This document shows, one piece after another, positions 1 through 9,805 of a stretch of DNA of 64,000 bases. A program made the position numbers and the translations under genes. This DNA comes from Hyphomicrobiales bacterium. GTDB lineage: Bacteria > Pseudomonadota > Alphaproteobacteria > Rhizobiales > RI-29. The DNA lies in the NCBI GenBank assembly GCA_016125495.1, contig WGLQ01000002.1, positions 26,969 to 90,968 of the forward strand, read 5' to 3'. Every line of letters begins with the position of its first letter. The stretch's first letter is position 1. The notes under the pieces were generated by a model. The model saw only the letters and a list, made by a program, of their open reading frames with translations, was not told where the DNA came from and searched no databases.

Positions 1-1039
1 CCCTTATCTCGTGCGCAAGCTCGAGCGGGGCGAGGAGGACCGCGTGCGCCCCTGCATCGGCATGACCTATTGCATGGGCGAGACGCGACCCTCGTGCGTG
101 CACAATGCCGCATCGGGGCGCGAGTTGAAGCTGCCGCACATCATCACGCCCGCGAGCGGGCCACGCCGCAAGGCGGTGATCGTCGGAGCGGGGCCGGCCG
201 GGCTCGAGGCCGCGCGGGTGCTGGGCGAGCGGGGCCACGAGGTGGTGGTGCTCGAAGCGGCCGACCGGGCGGGCGGTCAGGTGCTGCTGGCGGTCAAGGC
301 GAGCTGGCGCAAGGACGTGATCGGCATCATCGACTGGCGGGTCGCGGAATTGCAGCGGCTCGGAGTCGATCTCAGGCTCAATACCTTCGCCGAGCCCGAC
401 GACGTGGTCGCCATGGCACCGGACATCGTGCTGATCGCGACCGGCGGCATGCCCGATCTCGGCTGGCTGCCGGGCGGTGAGCACTGCCACGATGCCTGGA
501 CGGCGCTGACCGAGACGCCGGCGCCGGGCGGCGAAACGCTGATCTTCGATGGTACAGGCCGGCATGTGGCGCCGACCGTTGCCGAACGGCTCCAGGCGGC
601 GGGCCAGGCGGTTTCGATCGCCAGCTTCGATGTGCAACCGGTGGCCGAGATGGGTTATGCGGAGCGGGCGATCTGGCGGCGGCGGCTGACCGAACTCGAG
701 ATCGCCTGGCGCGGCGAGGTGCGGCTCGAGGGCGTCGAGCGCAGGGGCAACCGGCTGGTGGCGCATCTACGCAGCGACCTCACGAACAAGCCGATCGACA
801 TCGAGGCGGATCGGGTCGTGGTCGAAAGCGGTACGTTGCCGGTCTCGGAGGTGTTCGAGGGCCTGCGTGCCGGATCGCGCAACGATGGGGTGACGGATCT
901 CGATGCCCTCATCGCGGCGCGGCCGCAACCGGCCATGCGTGACGATGGCTTCGAGCTGCACCGGATCGGGGATGCGGTCGCGAGCCGCAACATCCATGTC
1001 GCGGTGCTCGACGCCTTGCGGCTCTGCCACGTCATGTGA
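1..1039 (+). CDS. NADH:flavin oxidoreductase / 2,4-dienoyl-CoA reductase-like protein, C-terminal part (5' end lies outside the window)
   Basis: The frame is open from the window edge to TGA 1037-1039. Cys-rich linker CIGMTYCMGETRPSC is followed by the dinucleotide-binding motif VIVGAGPAGLEAARVLGERGHEVVVLEA, as in OYE-family Fe-S flavoenzymes. Confidence 0.8.
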   Translation, partial: PYLVRKLERGEEDRVRPCIGMTYCMGETRPSCVHNAASGRELKLPHIITPASGPRRKAVIVGAGPAGLEAARVLGERGHEVVVLEAADRAGGQVLLAVKASWRKDVIGIIDWRVAELQRLGVDLRLNTFAEPDDVVAMAPDIVLIATGGMPDLGWLPGGEHCHDAWTALTETPAPGGETLIFDGTGRHVAPTVAERLQAAGQAVSIASFDVQPVAEMGYAERAIWRRRLTELEIAWRGEVRLEGVERRGNRLVAHLRSDLTNKPIDIEADRVVVESGTLPVSEVFEGLRAGSRNDGVTDLDALIAARPQPAMRDDGFELHRIGDAVASRNIHVAVLDALRLCHVM

Positions 1040-1185
1040 GGCACGGCCTGAGCCGGGCGCGCTTCGGTTTGCCGGTTGGCAAGCCGACGGCTAGAGTGCC
1101 GACGAGCGCTGGCGCCTCGTTGCCGGGTGGGTCCGCCTGCGGGCACAGTCGCGTCGAGGCGAATGACCATCGAACGGAGGTGCTG

Positions 1186-2367
1186 GTGAGCGTTGTTGCA
1201 TGGTTGCGAACGCGGGGGCTGGTGATCGCGGCGCGGTGCGTCGTGTTGGCCGTCGGCGTCCTTTCGGCGCAATTCGCGGATCCTATCGCAGCCCGTGCCG
1301 ACTGGACGGAGAACGTCATCAACCGGGTGCTCGGTCTGCAGTTCGCGCAGGAGTGCTTCAAGGAGCCGAAATATCAGCGGCACGTGCACGTGCTCGGCGT
1401 CGAGGCGGGCGGCGTGACATTGCCGGATATCGAGCGCTCGCGCATGCTCAACACGCTCTCCGACAAGCTCGGCAGCGGCACGCGCAACCGCATCACCGTG
1501 GCGCCGGCCTTCCAGACCATCGCCGGATCGCAAGGCGCGTTCGACACCGATGCGGTCATCCGGATGGCGCGGCTCGACGAGGCGGCGCGCAATGCCGAGG
1601 TGACGATCCTGCTCCGGCCCCTGGAGGTGACGGCGCAGGAGACGCGCCTCGAAGTGGTGATGTGGGCCAACGATCCCTCGTCGGGCACGGGGCAATACAC
1701 CTGCGTGCGTCCGTTCAACGTCGCCGTGCCGATCGTGGCGCCGGTCGATCCGCGCTGCCTCGACGGCTGGTCGAAGGCAACGGCCATCAACACCGCGGAG
1801 GGCTATCGCTTCTTCATGAGCTTCTTCGGTGATTGTCCGCAGGCGGGCGAAGCGCAGGCGGCGGTGACGCGGCTCGACGGGGCAGCCTGCGATGGGGCTT
1901 GGCAGCAGGCCCGGGCACGCGGAACCGTCGACGGCTATCGGACCTTCGTGCGGGAAAACCCGAGCTGCACGCTCCAGGTCCAGGCGGCCAACGACATCAT
2001 CGCAGCGCTGGCGAATGCCGGGGGCGGGACGAGCAGCGGCGGCTCGGGTGGCTCGGGATCGGGCGGGGGAAGCGCCAGTTCGGGAAGCAATTCGGGCGGC
2101 GGCTCGAGCTTCGGTGCGCCGGTTGCGCAGCCGCCACGCACCCGTAGCTACCACTACGTCGGGCCCGTCAATCCGCCGGACGACTGGCTGGCACTGCGGA
2201 CCCGGCCCTCGTCGTCCAGCGGCCGACGGATCATGAAGATGCCGGAGGGCACGCCTTTCACGGTGATCGATCGGAGCGGGGCCTGGCTGCAGGTGCAGTT
2301 GCGTGACGGCACGCTGGGCTGGGCGCATGGGAACTGGATCAGATGCTGCAGGGAGTTGGCCGACTGA
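1186..2367 (+). CDS. SH3 domain-containing membrane-anchored or secreted protein
   Basis: ORF frame 1036-2367. Preferred start is GTG 1186, 5 nt after GGAGG (1176-1180). N-terminal hydrophobic anchor VSVVAWLRTRGLVIAARCVVLAVGVLSA, Gly/Ser-rich linker (GGTSSGGSGGSGSGGGSASSGSNSGGGSS), and C-terminal bacterial SH3-like segment GTPFTVIDRSGAWLQVQLRDGTLGWAHGNWI. Confidence 0.6.
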   Translation: MSVVAWLRTRGLVIAARCVVLAVGVLSAQFADPIAARADWTENVINRVLGLQFAQECFKEPKYQRHVHVLGVEAGGVTLPDIERSRMLNTLSDKLGSGTRNRITVAPAFQTIAGSQGAFDTDAVIRMARLDEAARNAEVTILLRPLEVTAQETRLEVVMWANDPSSGTGQYTCVRPFNVAVPIVAPVDPRCLDGWSKATAINTAEGYRFFMSFFGDCPQAGEAQAAVTRLDGAACDGAWQQARARGTVDGYRTFVRENPSCTLQVQAANDIIAALANAGGGTSSGGSGGSGSGGGSASSGSNSGGGSSFGAPVAQPPRTRSYHYVGPVNPPDDWLALRTRPSSSSGRRIMKMPEGTPFTVIDRSGAWLQVQLRDGTLGWAHGNWIRCCRELAD

Positions 2368-3263
2368 GGTGGTCCGAGGGGCGCACGACCCAGGGGACAC
2401 GGCTCTCCGCATCGCAATGGCGTGGGCGGGCCCACTTGCTTGTCGGGTTGGCGGGCGGGGCGGCTCTGATGACGTCGATCGCGCTGGCCGGAACGACTCC
2501 GGCCGAAGGGCCGCCGGTGCCCATCAGGACGCCGCATGCGGCGGGGGCTGTGCAGACGCCGGATGCGACCATCGAAACGCGGGACGACGCCGCAACGGCG
2601 CTCTGCCCATCCTGGCTCATTGCCATGAATCGGCTCGTGCTGGTGACGGTGGATCATTTCTCGACATCGGCCGCCCGCCTCGAGTTGCTGGAGCGAGATT
2701 CCGAGAGCCTCGCGTGGCGGCGGGTCGGTCGCTCGTTTCCCGCCCGGATCGGACGAAAGGGGCTCGGCTGGAGCTGGCCGTTGAGGCGGTTCGCCGAGGC
2801 CCGGCGCGAGCCCGTCAAGCGGGAAGGTGACGGACGGGCACCGGCCGGAGTCTTCGCACTCGACCGGCGATTCGGCTTCGGCGACGAGGCGGGGCCGAAC
2901 TACCTGCGCCTTCGAGCCGAGCAGAGCTATTGCGTCGACGACATCTCGTCGGCCCACTACAACCGGATCGTTCCGACGGCGATGGCCGGAAAGGGCGTCA
3001 CGGGCGAGCGCATGTGGTCCATCCCGCTCTATCGCCGCGGCTATCTGGTTGATTTTCCCACGAGCCGGGAGCAGGTCGGGGGCTCGTGCATCTTCATCCA
3101 TCTCTGGCGGTCGCCGAAATCGGGGACGTCCGGGTGCGTCGCGATCTCGGATGAAACGATGACGGCGCTCGATGCGTTCGTCGTGCCGGGGGCGACGGCG
3201 GTTGCGATCCTGCCGCAGGGCGATCGTGGTCTGGTGGACAAGTGCCACGGCGCCGGGCGCTGA
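2343..3263 (+). CDS. L,D-transpeptidase (YkuD-fold) family protein
   Basis: C-terminal catalytic-type motif SCIFIHLWRSPKSGTSGCVAIS (His ... S-x-G-C). Signal-like segment HLLVGLAGGAALMTSIALAGT. The start is uncertain (ATG 2343, TTG 2436 or ATG 2469). Confidence 0.6.
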   Translation: MLQGVGRLRWSEGRTTQGTRLSASQWRGRAHLLVGLAGGAALMTSIALAGTTPAEGPPVPIRTPHAAGAVQTPDATIETRDDAATALCPSWLIAMNRLVLVTVDHFSTSAARLELLERDSESLAWRRVGRSFPARIGRKGLGWSWPLRRFAEARREPVKREGDGRAPAGVFALDRRFGFGDEAGPNYLRLRAEQSYCVDDISSAHYNRIVPTAMAGKGVTGERMWSIPLYRRGYLVDFPTSREQVGGSCIFIHLWRSPKSGTSGCVAISDETMTALDAFVVPGATAVAILPQGDRGLVDKCHGAGR

Positions 3264-3333
3264 TGGGGGCCGCGCGGGCGGGCGTCGTCGATCGGGTTTC
3301 GGTGGCTGCTCGCGAATCTGCTAGCTGCGGGGG

Positions 3334-4641
3334 ATGGACAGCGAAACCATCGAGCGCCTCGGGCGCGAGTTCGGCGCGCATTTCGGTGAGATCCGGCAGG
3401 CGTTCGGGACGTTCCTGGCGTCCGGCATGGTCTGGCCGGTGGCCGCGATCCTGCTGCTGTTGGCGGCGCTCCTGCTGGCCGGGCTCGCCCTTTCGGCGCG
3501 CGCTCGCCGGCATGCTGGCCGCGAGGCGGAGGAACGGGCACTCTCGGCCCAACTCCTGCGCACCAACCAGGCGCTCGCCGAGCAGATCGTGGAACTGCGC
3601 GGTCGGATCGGGGCAATGGCCGAACTCGGCGCCCGCCATCAGGCCGACCTCGCAACGACCCTCGATGCCCGACTCGACCATGTGACGAGCGAAATGGTTC
3701 GCAGTCTCAAGGAAACGCGCACCGAAATGGACCGCCAGCTCGGCGAGGCGACGAGCCGGCTCGCAACCGGCCTCACGGCCTCGAGCGAAGGCACCGGCAG
3801 CCATCTCGAGCAGCTCGCCGAACGTCTCGCCGTGATCGACCGGGCGCAGCAGAGCCTCGCCGAACTCTCCGGTCGCGTGGTCTCGCTGCAGAACGTGCTC
3901 GCCAACAAGCAGGCACGCGGCGCCTTCGGGCAAGTGCGTATGGAGACCATCATTCAGGATGCGCTGCCGGCCAGCGCCTACAGTTTCCAGGCGACGCTTT
4001 CCAACGGCAAGCGGCCGGATTGTCTCATCCGACTGCCGAACGCGGCCGCCGGGATCGTGGTCGATGCCAAGTTCCCGCTCGAGGGGTTCGAGGCCTTGCG
4101 GCAGGCGACGACGCCGGAGGAGGATCGGCGGGCCGCGGCGGCGGTGCGTCAGGCGGTCGGCCGCCATATCGAGGAGATCGCCGGCAAGTATCTCATCGCA
4201 GGCGAGACCCAGGAGACGGCACTGATGTTCGTGCCGTCGGAGGCGGCCTATGCGGACCTGCACGAGCAGTTTCCCGACCTCATCCAGAAGGCGCACCGGG
4301 CGCACGTCTTCATCGTCTCGCCCAACATGCTCATGCTCGCGGTTCAGACCATGCAGGCGATCCTCAAGGACGTGAAGGTGCGCGAGGCGGCTGGTGCCAT
4401 CCAGCGCGAGGTGACGCTAATGCTGGAGGACGTGGCGCGGCTCGCCGAGCGGATCAGCGATCTCGAGCGCCAGTTCGGTCAGGCGCAGCGCTCGCTGGAA
4501 AAGGTCTCGACCTCGGCTGGGCGGATCGTATCGCGAGGGGCCCGCATCGAGGCGCTGGAACTGGACGAGGGGGGTCCGGGCGAAGTGGTGGCCGACGTCG
4601 CGACGGGCGGCGACCCGCGCCTCTTGGCGAAGGCCGTGTGA
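3334..4641 (+). CDS. rmuC: DNA recombination protein RmuC
   Basis: N-terminal TM helix, long coiled-coil region, then the conserved RmuC core QNVLANKQARGAFGQVRMETIIQDALP...RPDCLIRLPNAAAGIVVDAKFPLEGFEAL...VPSEAAYADL...FIVSPNMLMLAVQ. Confidence 0.9.
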   Translation: MDSETIERLGREFGAHFGEIRQAFGTFLASGMVWPVAAILLLLAALLLAGLALSARARRHAGREAEERALSAQLLRTNQALAEQIVELRGRIGAMAELGARHQADLATTLDARLDHVTSEMVRSLKETRTEMDRQLGEATSRLATGLTASSEGTGSHLEQLAERLAVIDRAQQSLAELSGRVVSLQNVLANKQARGAFGQVRMETIIQDALPASAYSFQATLSNGKRPDCLIRLPNAAAGIVVDAKFPLEGFEALRQATTPEEDRRAAAAVRQAVGRHIEEIAGKYLIAGETQETALMFVPSEAAYADLHEQFPDLIQKAHRAHVFIVSPNMLMLAVQTMQAILKDVKVREAAGAIQREVTLMLEDVARLAERISDLERQFGQAQRSLEKVSTSAGRIVSRGARIEALELDEGGPGEVVADVATGGDPRLLAKAV

Positions 4642-5070
4642 GACCACGGTAGGGCTCGCCGATCGGTCTCGCGCTTCCAATGGTGATGCAACACCTATCG
4701 ATTGCCTTGCCACGGGAGGACACCACGTGCCTAGGACCCTTCGCGTTTCAGATCTCGCCGTCGCCATGCTGGTCGGTCAGGCGACGGACCTTCCCGCCAA
4801 GGGGATCGAGATGGTGCCGCCAGCACCGCCAGCGCACGTCATCATGGCTCCTGCTCCGCGTCTCGTCCTCAGGCACGTGATCGAGCGGCTCATCGCCGAG
4901 CGCAATGTTGCGATCGTGGCGCCGCCGCTTCCCGTTCGATCCGATCCGACGTGGTCGGGATGTTGCGCCGACACGCTCGAATAGCCGGCGCAGGCTGGAG
5001 CAGAGGCCTGCGATGTGATAAGCTGTGGTCCTTCCGATCGACTTGCGCACGCTCCGTTCCGAGAAGGACT

Positions 5071-6957
5071 ATGCTGCAGATGCTTCGCAAGATCCTGCCT
5101 GTCCTCGTTTCCGCTGCCGCGCTGTTCGCCACCGCTCCCGCATCGGCGGAGAAATACGCCATCGTCATCGCCAACTCCGACTATCGCGTCGCCGACGACG
5201 TGAAATACGCCGCGAGCGATGCCGATGCGGTGACCGAGATGCTCGTCAACGTGCACGGGGTTGCACGGCGCAACGTGCTCCGGCTCGACAATGCCACGCT
5301 CGGGGAGATGCGCGCGCTGATGGGCGGCGAACGCGGCCTCGGGCGGCTCCCGGGGCTGGTGCGCGGCAGCAAGGCCGAACTCTTCGTCTATTTCGCCGGG
5401 CATGGCTCGCGCGAGGCCGCCGCCGACGGTCAGAGTTCGGTGCCGTACCTGCTCGGCGTCGATTCCGTTCCCGGCGCGCTCGAGGAGACGGGGTTCGCGC
5501 TCGATCAGTTCCTCGGCCAATTGCGCCGCCTCAAGCGCGAGGCGATGCCGGAAGGCACCATAACCGTGTTCCTCGAGAGTTGCTTTTCCGGCCGTTCCCA
5601 CGTTGGCGACCTGATCAAGGATCGTAGCGCGCCGTTGCATGGCGCGCCCGTCGTGCTCTCGCGGCATCTGACGGAAGTCTCGGGCGATCTCGTCGTCATG
5701 GCCGCCGCGAGAGGGGATCAGTTCGCGGTCTGGGACGGCGACCACGGGATGAGCGTGTTCACGGATGCGCTGGTCGCCGGCATGCATGGCGAGGCGGATG
5801 ATCCGAGCTATTCCGGCAATGGCGACGGGCAGGTCACGGCGCGCGAATTGCGGGACTTCGTCGATGCCCGCATGGCGCGCCGGCTGGCGAGCGTTCAGCC
5901 GGGGGTGGTGCAGACGCCGGATTTCGTCGGGCTCGCGGATGACGACGTGCTCGTCGAGGGACTCGCGGCGACGCCGAGGTGGCTGACCACCGAGCGGCGC
6001 AAGCAGCGCGAACGGCTCCGGGCGGCACTGCTGGCGACGACCGACGATGTCGCCGAGATCGACGGTTATCTTGCGACCTGCGTCTACTGTCCCGAGCGCG
6101 ATCCGTTGCGGGCGCGGCTCGCCGAGATCAAGCGGCGCGACGCCTTCTGCGCCGACGAGGCGCCGCTCACCGAACAACTCGCCAGTTCGGGCACGCGCGA
6201 GCAGATCACGGCATTCCTCGAGGTCGCGACCTGCGAGCGGGGCCGTAAGCAGCTCGGTGAACGGCTGGCGGCGCTGAATGCGAGCGCCAGTGGCGGGGCA
6301 GCCGCAGCCGGGCAACCGGGTGGTTCGCAGTTGGCGGCGGCCGACACGGCCTCGTCGCAGGGCGGCGAGAATGACCGTCAGATCCCGGCTGCGGCTGCGC
6401 TCGATGCCGACGCCCAGCGTGATCTCGTGGTGCGGCTGCAAACCGAGCTGCAACGGGTCGGGTGCCTCAAAGGCCGTGCCGATGGGATCTGGGGTCGGCA
6501 AGGTCGTCGGGCGATGACGCGCTTTCTCGAGGAGATCGAGGATGACGATGCCGGAGATGTGGAGCCGAGCGAGGAGTTGATCGAGCTGGTGGCGGGTGCC
6601 GAAACGGGGCTCTGCGAGCCGGACCAGGAGGCCGCGGCTCCGAGCACGAGCACGCCCTCGCGGGCGGCACGGCAGGCCGCTCCGAAGCGTCAGACCGTCG
6701 CGGCCTGCGCTTCCGGTCAAAAGCGCAACAGCCGCGGCAAGTGCTACACGCCGACGGCGCCCCGCGCTGCGCGGGCAACCGCGCCGAACCGGCCGAAGAA
6801 GGCCAGTGCCCCCACACGGACCCGAACCGCGACGCAAACCACGCCGAGGCGATCGGCCGCAACAACCCGTGCGCCTGCAAAAAAGCGCAGTGGGCTTTGC
6901 GCCAAAGCCTTCTCCACCGTCCACGGCACCGGGTTCACAGCGCAGTGCGGCCTCTGA
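5071..6957 (+). CDS. Secreted caspase-family (peptidase C14) protein with a peptidoglycan-binding-like domain and a basic C-terminal tail
   Basis: ATG 5071 follows GAGAAGGA. Signal peptide MLQMLRKILPVLVSAAALFATAPASA. C14 His/Cys dyad contexts FVYFAGHGS and VFLESCFSG. PG_binding-like segment LQTELQRVGCLKGRADGIWGRQGRRAMTRFL. Lys/Arg/Thr/Pro-rich tail. Confidence 0.8.
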   Translation: MLQMLRKILPVLVSAAALFATAPASAEKYAIVIANSDYRVADDVKYAASDADAVTEMLVNVHGVARRNVLRLDNATLGEMRALMGGERGLGRLPGLVRGSKAELFVYFAGHGSREAAADGQSSVPYLLGVDSVPGALEETGFALDQFLGQLRRLKREAMPEGTITVFLESCFSGRSHVGDLIKDRSAPLHGAPVVLSRHLTEVSGDLVVMAAARGDQFAVWDGDHGMSVFTDALVAGMHGEADDPSYSGNGDGQVTARELRDFVDARMARRLASVQPGVVQTPDFVGLADDDVLVEGLAATPRWLTTERRKQRERLRAALLATTDDVAEIDGYLATCVYCPERDPLRARLAEIKRRDAFCADEAPLTEQLASSGTREQITAFLEVATCERGRKQLGERLAALNASASGGAAAAGQPGGSQLAAADTASSQGGENDRQIPAAAALDADAQRDLVVRLQTELQRVGCLKGRADGIWGRQGRRAMTRFLEEIEDDDAGDVEPSEELIELVAGAETGLCEPDQEAAAPSTSTPSRAARQAAPKRQTVAACASGQKRNSRGKCYTPTAPRAARATAPNRPKKASAPTRTRTATQTTPRRSAATTRAPAKKRSGLCAKAFSTVHGTGFTAQCGL

Positions 6958-7157
6958 TCCGGTGGTCCCAAGGGGCGATGACGTGACACCGATCGCCATG
7001 GTCCTGGCGGTCGGGTGACCGGCATCGAGCGATCCGCTCGGCCTTGCACTCGCCGAGTTCGGGACTGGCCGGGAGATCAGATTGCACCTTGCCGCGGCCG
7101 GCAATGCGCGCCAGCATGGCCGGCGATCGGGCATTGCGGCGGCAAGGTGGATGGACG

Positions 7158-8411
7158 ATGGGGTTGCGGATCGACGGCGAGCGGCTCTGGGCAAGCCTCA
7201 TGGAGATGGCGCGGATCGGGGCGACCGCAAAGGGTGGCGTCAATCGCATCGCGTTCTCCGACCTCGACCGCCAGGCGCGCGATCTCTTCGCGCGCTGGGC
7301 GACTGAGGCGGGCTGCTCGGTGCGGGTCGATCCGTTCGGCAACATGTTCGCCCGTCGCCCGGGGCGCCTGATCGAGGCGCCTGCCGCGATGGCCGGAAGC
7401 CACCTCGACAGCCAGCCGACCGGCGGCAAATTCGATGGTCCGTTCGGTGTGCTGGCGGCGCTCGAGGCCGTTCGCGCGATGAACGATGCCGGCATCGAAA
7501 CGCGCCATCCGATCGACATCGTCAACTGGACGAACGAGGAGGGCTGCATCTTCAAGCCGATGATCGGCTCGGCGGTGTGGACCGGGCTCATCGGGCTCGA
7601 TGAGGCGCTCGCCATGCGTGAGCCGCGCGGCGGCTGGTCGATCGGGGAGGCGCTCGGGGAGATCGGTTATGCGGGGAGCGCACCGATGATGGTCGGCGCC
7701 CGGCCGCTCTGCTATCTCGAGGCGCACATCGAGCAGGGCCCGGTTCTGGAAGCGGCCGGTGAGTGGATCGGTGTCGTCGATGCCACGCAGGGTCAGCGCT
7801 GGTACGACATCGAACTCGTCGGGCGTGAGGCCCATGCGGGGCCGACGCCGATGGCGGCGCGGCGCGACGCGCTCGTCGGCACGAGTCGGATCGTCCTCGA
7901 GGTCGAGCGGATCGCACGGTCGCACGAGATGGGCTGCGGCACGGTCGGGCGCGTCGAGGTTTTCCCGAACTCGCCCAACACGATACCCGGGCGCGTGGCG
8001 TTCTCGGCGGACCTGCGCCATCCGCTCGATGCCGTTCTGAGCGAGATGGACCGCGAATTGCGCGAGGCGGCGCGCGAGATCGCGGCGCGCATGCACCTTT
8101 CGATTTCCCTCGCCGAGCGGATTTACATTCCTCCCCTCGACTTCTCCCGGTCGCTCGCGGATGCGGTCGAGGCTGCGGCGCGCGCCACCGCCAAGCCCTA
8201 CAGGCGGATGTATACCGGGGCCGGACACGATGCCTGCAACGTCGCGCGCTTCCTGCCGACGGCGATGATCTTCATTCCCTGCCGCGACGGGATCAGCCAC
8301 AACGAGGCCGAGCACGCCGAGCCGGAGCACGTGGCGGCCGGGGCTGAAGTGCTGGCGAACGCGCTGCTCGCGGCAGCGCAAGGCGAAATCGACTTCGGGG
8401 AGCATGCATGA
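7158..8411 (+). CDS. M20 Zn-dependent amidase (hydantoinase/carbamoylase family; allantoate amidohydrolase / N-carbamoyl-amino-acid hydrolase-like)
   Basis: MGLRIDGERLWASLMEMARIGATAKGGVNRIAFS... and GSHLDSQPTGGKFDGPFGVLAALEAVRAM are typical of this family. The stop overlaps the next start (ATGA at 8408-8411). Confidence 0.85.
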   Translation: MGLRIDGERLWASLMEMARIGATAKGGVNRIAFSDLDRQARDLFARWATEAGCSVRVDPFGNMFARRPGRLIEAPAAMAGSHLDSQPTGGKFDGPFGVLAALEAVRAMNDAGIETRHPIDIVNWTNEEGCIFKPMIGSAVWTGLIGLDEALAMREPRGGWSIGEALGEIGYAGSAPMMVGARPLCYLEAHIEQGPVLEAAGEWIGVVDATQGQRWYDIELVGREAHAGPTPMAARRDALVGTSRIVLEVERIARSHEMGCGTVGRVEVFPNSPNTIPGRVAFSADLRHPLDAVLSEMDRELREAAREIAARMHLSISLAERIYIPPLDFSRSLADAVEAAARATAKPYRRMYTGAGHDACNVARFLPTAMIFIPCRDGISHNEAEHAEPEHVAAGAEVLANALLAAAQGEIDFGEHA

Positions 8412-9784
8412 CCGACTATCCGATCGGCGGGCCGCAGGATCTCTTTTCATCCCGTTCGAACCGTGTGCCGCTGCCGCTCATCGTCAAGGCCGAGGGTGTG
8501 CGCATGTGGGACGACGGCGGCCGCGAGTACATCGACGTCTCCTCGGGTCCGGTCGTCAGCAACATCGGACACGGCAACGCGCGCGTCGCCGAAGCGATGG
8601 CGCGGCAGGCACGGACCATGGATTTCGCCTATACACGGGTTGCCCGCCACCAGCCGAACATCGATCTCGCCGAGCGCATCGCAAAGCTCGCGGGGCCCGG
8701 CTACGAGCGCGTCTGTCTCGCTTCGGGCGGCTCGGAATCGATGGAGATCGCGATAAAATTCCTGCGCCAGTACGTGGTCGCGACAGGCCGGCCCCAAAAG
8801 CGCAAGATCATCTCCCTCTCACCGTCCTACCACGGCGGAACGGTGGCCCTTCTCGGGGTCAGCGGCGACGAGGCCATGGACCCGTTCCTGGACGGTTTCG
8901 GCATCAAGGCGGAGCATGTTCCGGCGCCGTTCCAGTACCGGGTGCCCGCCAACCACACGCAAGAAACGTACCGGATGGCGTGTGCGAACGCGTTGGAGGA
9001 AAAGATCAAGGAACTCGGGGCGGACAACGTCCTGTGTTTCGTCGCCGAGCCGGTCGGTGGTCTGGCGACGGGCGCACAACCGCTGATGGAGGACTACGTC
9101 AACAAGGTCAGGGAGATTTGCTCGCGCCACGACATCTACCTCGTCTACGACGAAATTCTCTGCGGCACGGGGCGGACCGGGCATTTCCTGGCCAGCCATG
9201 CCTGGCCGAAGGGGCATGCCGACATCGTCGTGCTCGCCAAGGGGCTGGGCTCGGGCTATGCACCGCTGTCCGCGACGCTCGCGCCGGCGAAGATGGTGGA
9301 CGAACTCGCCGGGTTGACCGGGTTCAACCTCTCGCACACGTACTGCGCCAACCCGATCGCCTGCGCGACGGGGCTCGCGGTGCTGGACGAATACGAGCGG
9401 GGGGATCTCGTTTCGGCGGCGGGCGAGCGTGGCCGCACGCTCAAGCGGCGTCTCGAAGCGCTCGCGGAGCGTCACCCTTCGGTCGGTGACGTGCGTGGTG
9501 CCGGGCTCCTGCTCGCCGTCGAACTCGTGACCGACAAGGAGAGCAAAGGCAGATTTCCGGTCGAATTCTCTCCCACCGAGGAAGTGCGCATTTCGGGACT
9601 AGAGCACGGGCTCATCATCTATACGCGACGCACGGCGAACGGGCGCAACGGGGACTGGTTCATCGTTGCACCACCCCTTACCATCACCGAGGAAGAGTGC
9701 GACGAAATGGTGCGCCGTCTCGATCTGACGCTCACCGATTTCGAGACCCGGGCGGCGCCCTACATGGCGCGCAGAGCCGCGTGA
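8408..9784 (+). CDS. Class-III (omega) aminotransferase family protein
   Basis: SGPVVSNIGHGN, SGGSESMEIAIK and DEILCGTGRTG motifs of PLP fold-type I class III aminotransferases. Start overlaps the upstream stop. Confidence 0.9.
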   Translation: MTDYPIGGPQDLFSSRSNRVPLPLIVKAEGVRMWDDGGREYIDVSSGPVVSNIGHGNARVAEAMARQARTMDFAYTRVARHQPNIDLAERIAKLAGPGYERVCLASGGSESMEIAIKFLRQYVVATGRPQKRKIISLSPSYHGGTVALLGVSGDEAMDPFLDGFGIKAEHVPAPFQYRVPANHTQETYRMACANALEEKIKELGADNVLCFVAEPVGGLATGAQPLMEDYVNKVREICSRHDIYLVYDEILCGTGRTGHFLASHAWPKGHADIVVLAKGLGSGYAPLSATLAPAKMVDELAGLTGFNLSHTYCANPIACATGLAVLDEYERGDLVSAAGERGRTLKRRLEALAERHPSVGDVRGAGLLLAVELVTDKESKGRFPVEFSPTEEVRISGLEHGLIIYTRRTANGRNGDWFIVAPPLTITEEECDEMVRRLDLTLTDFETRAAPYMARRAA

Positions 9785-9805
9785 TCATCTGCCGGAGGAG
9801 AAATT

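Noticed and set aside
1036-1185. GTG 1036 start (overlapping the upstream TGA) for the SH3 protein
   Set aside because: The first 50 residues would be Arg/Gly/Pro-rich with no function. GTG 1186 has a proper GGAGG and starts directly at the hydrophobic anchor. The 1036 start cannot be formally excluded.
4727-4984. 85-aa plus-strand ORF (GTG 4727 six nt after GGGAGGA) between rmuC and the caspase gene, and the competing 100-aa minus ORF 4748-5050
   Set aside because: The RBS and GC3 bias make the plus ORF plausible. However, it has no recognisable domain, and an equally long antisense ORF exists, so I cannot support either as a gene from sequence alone.
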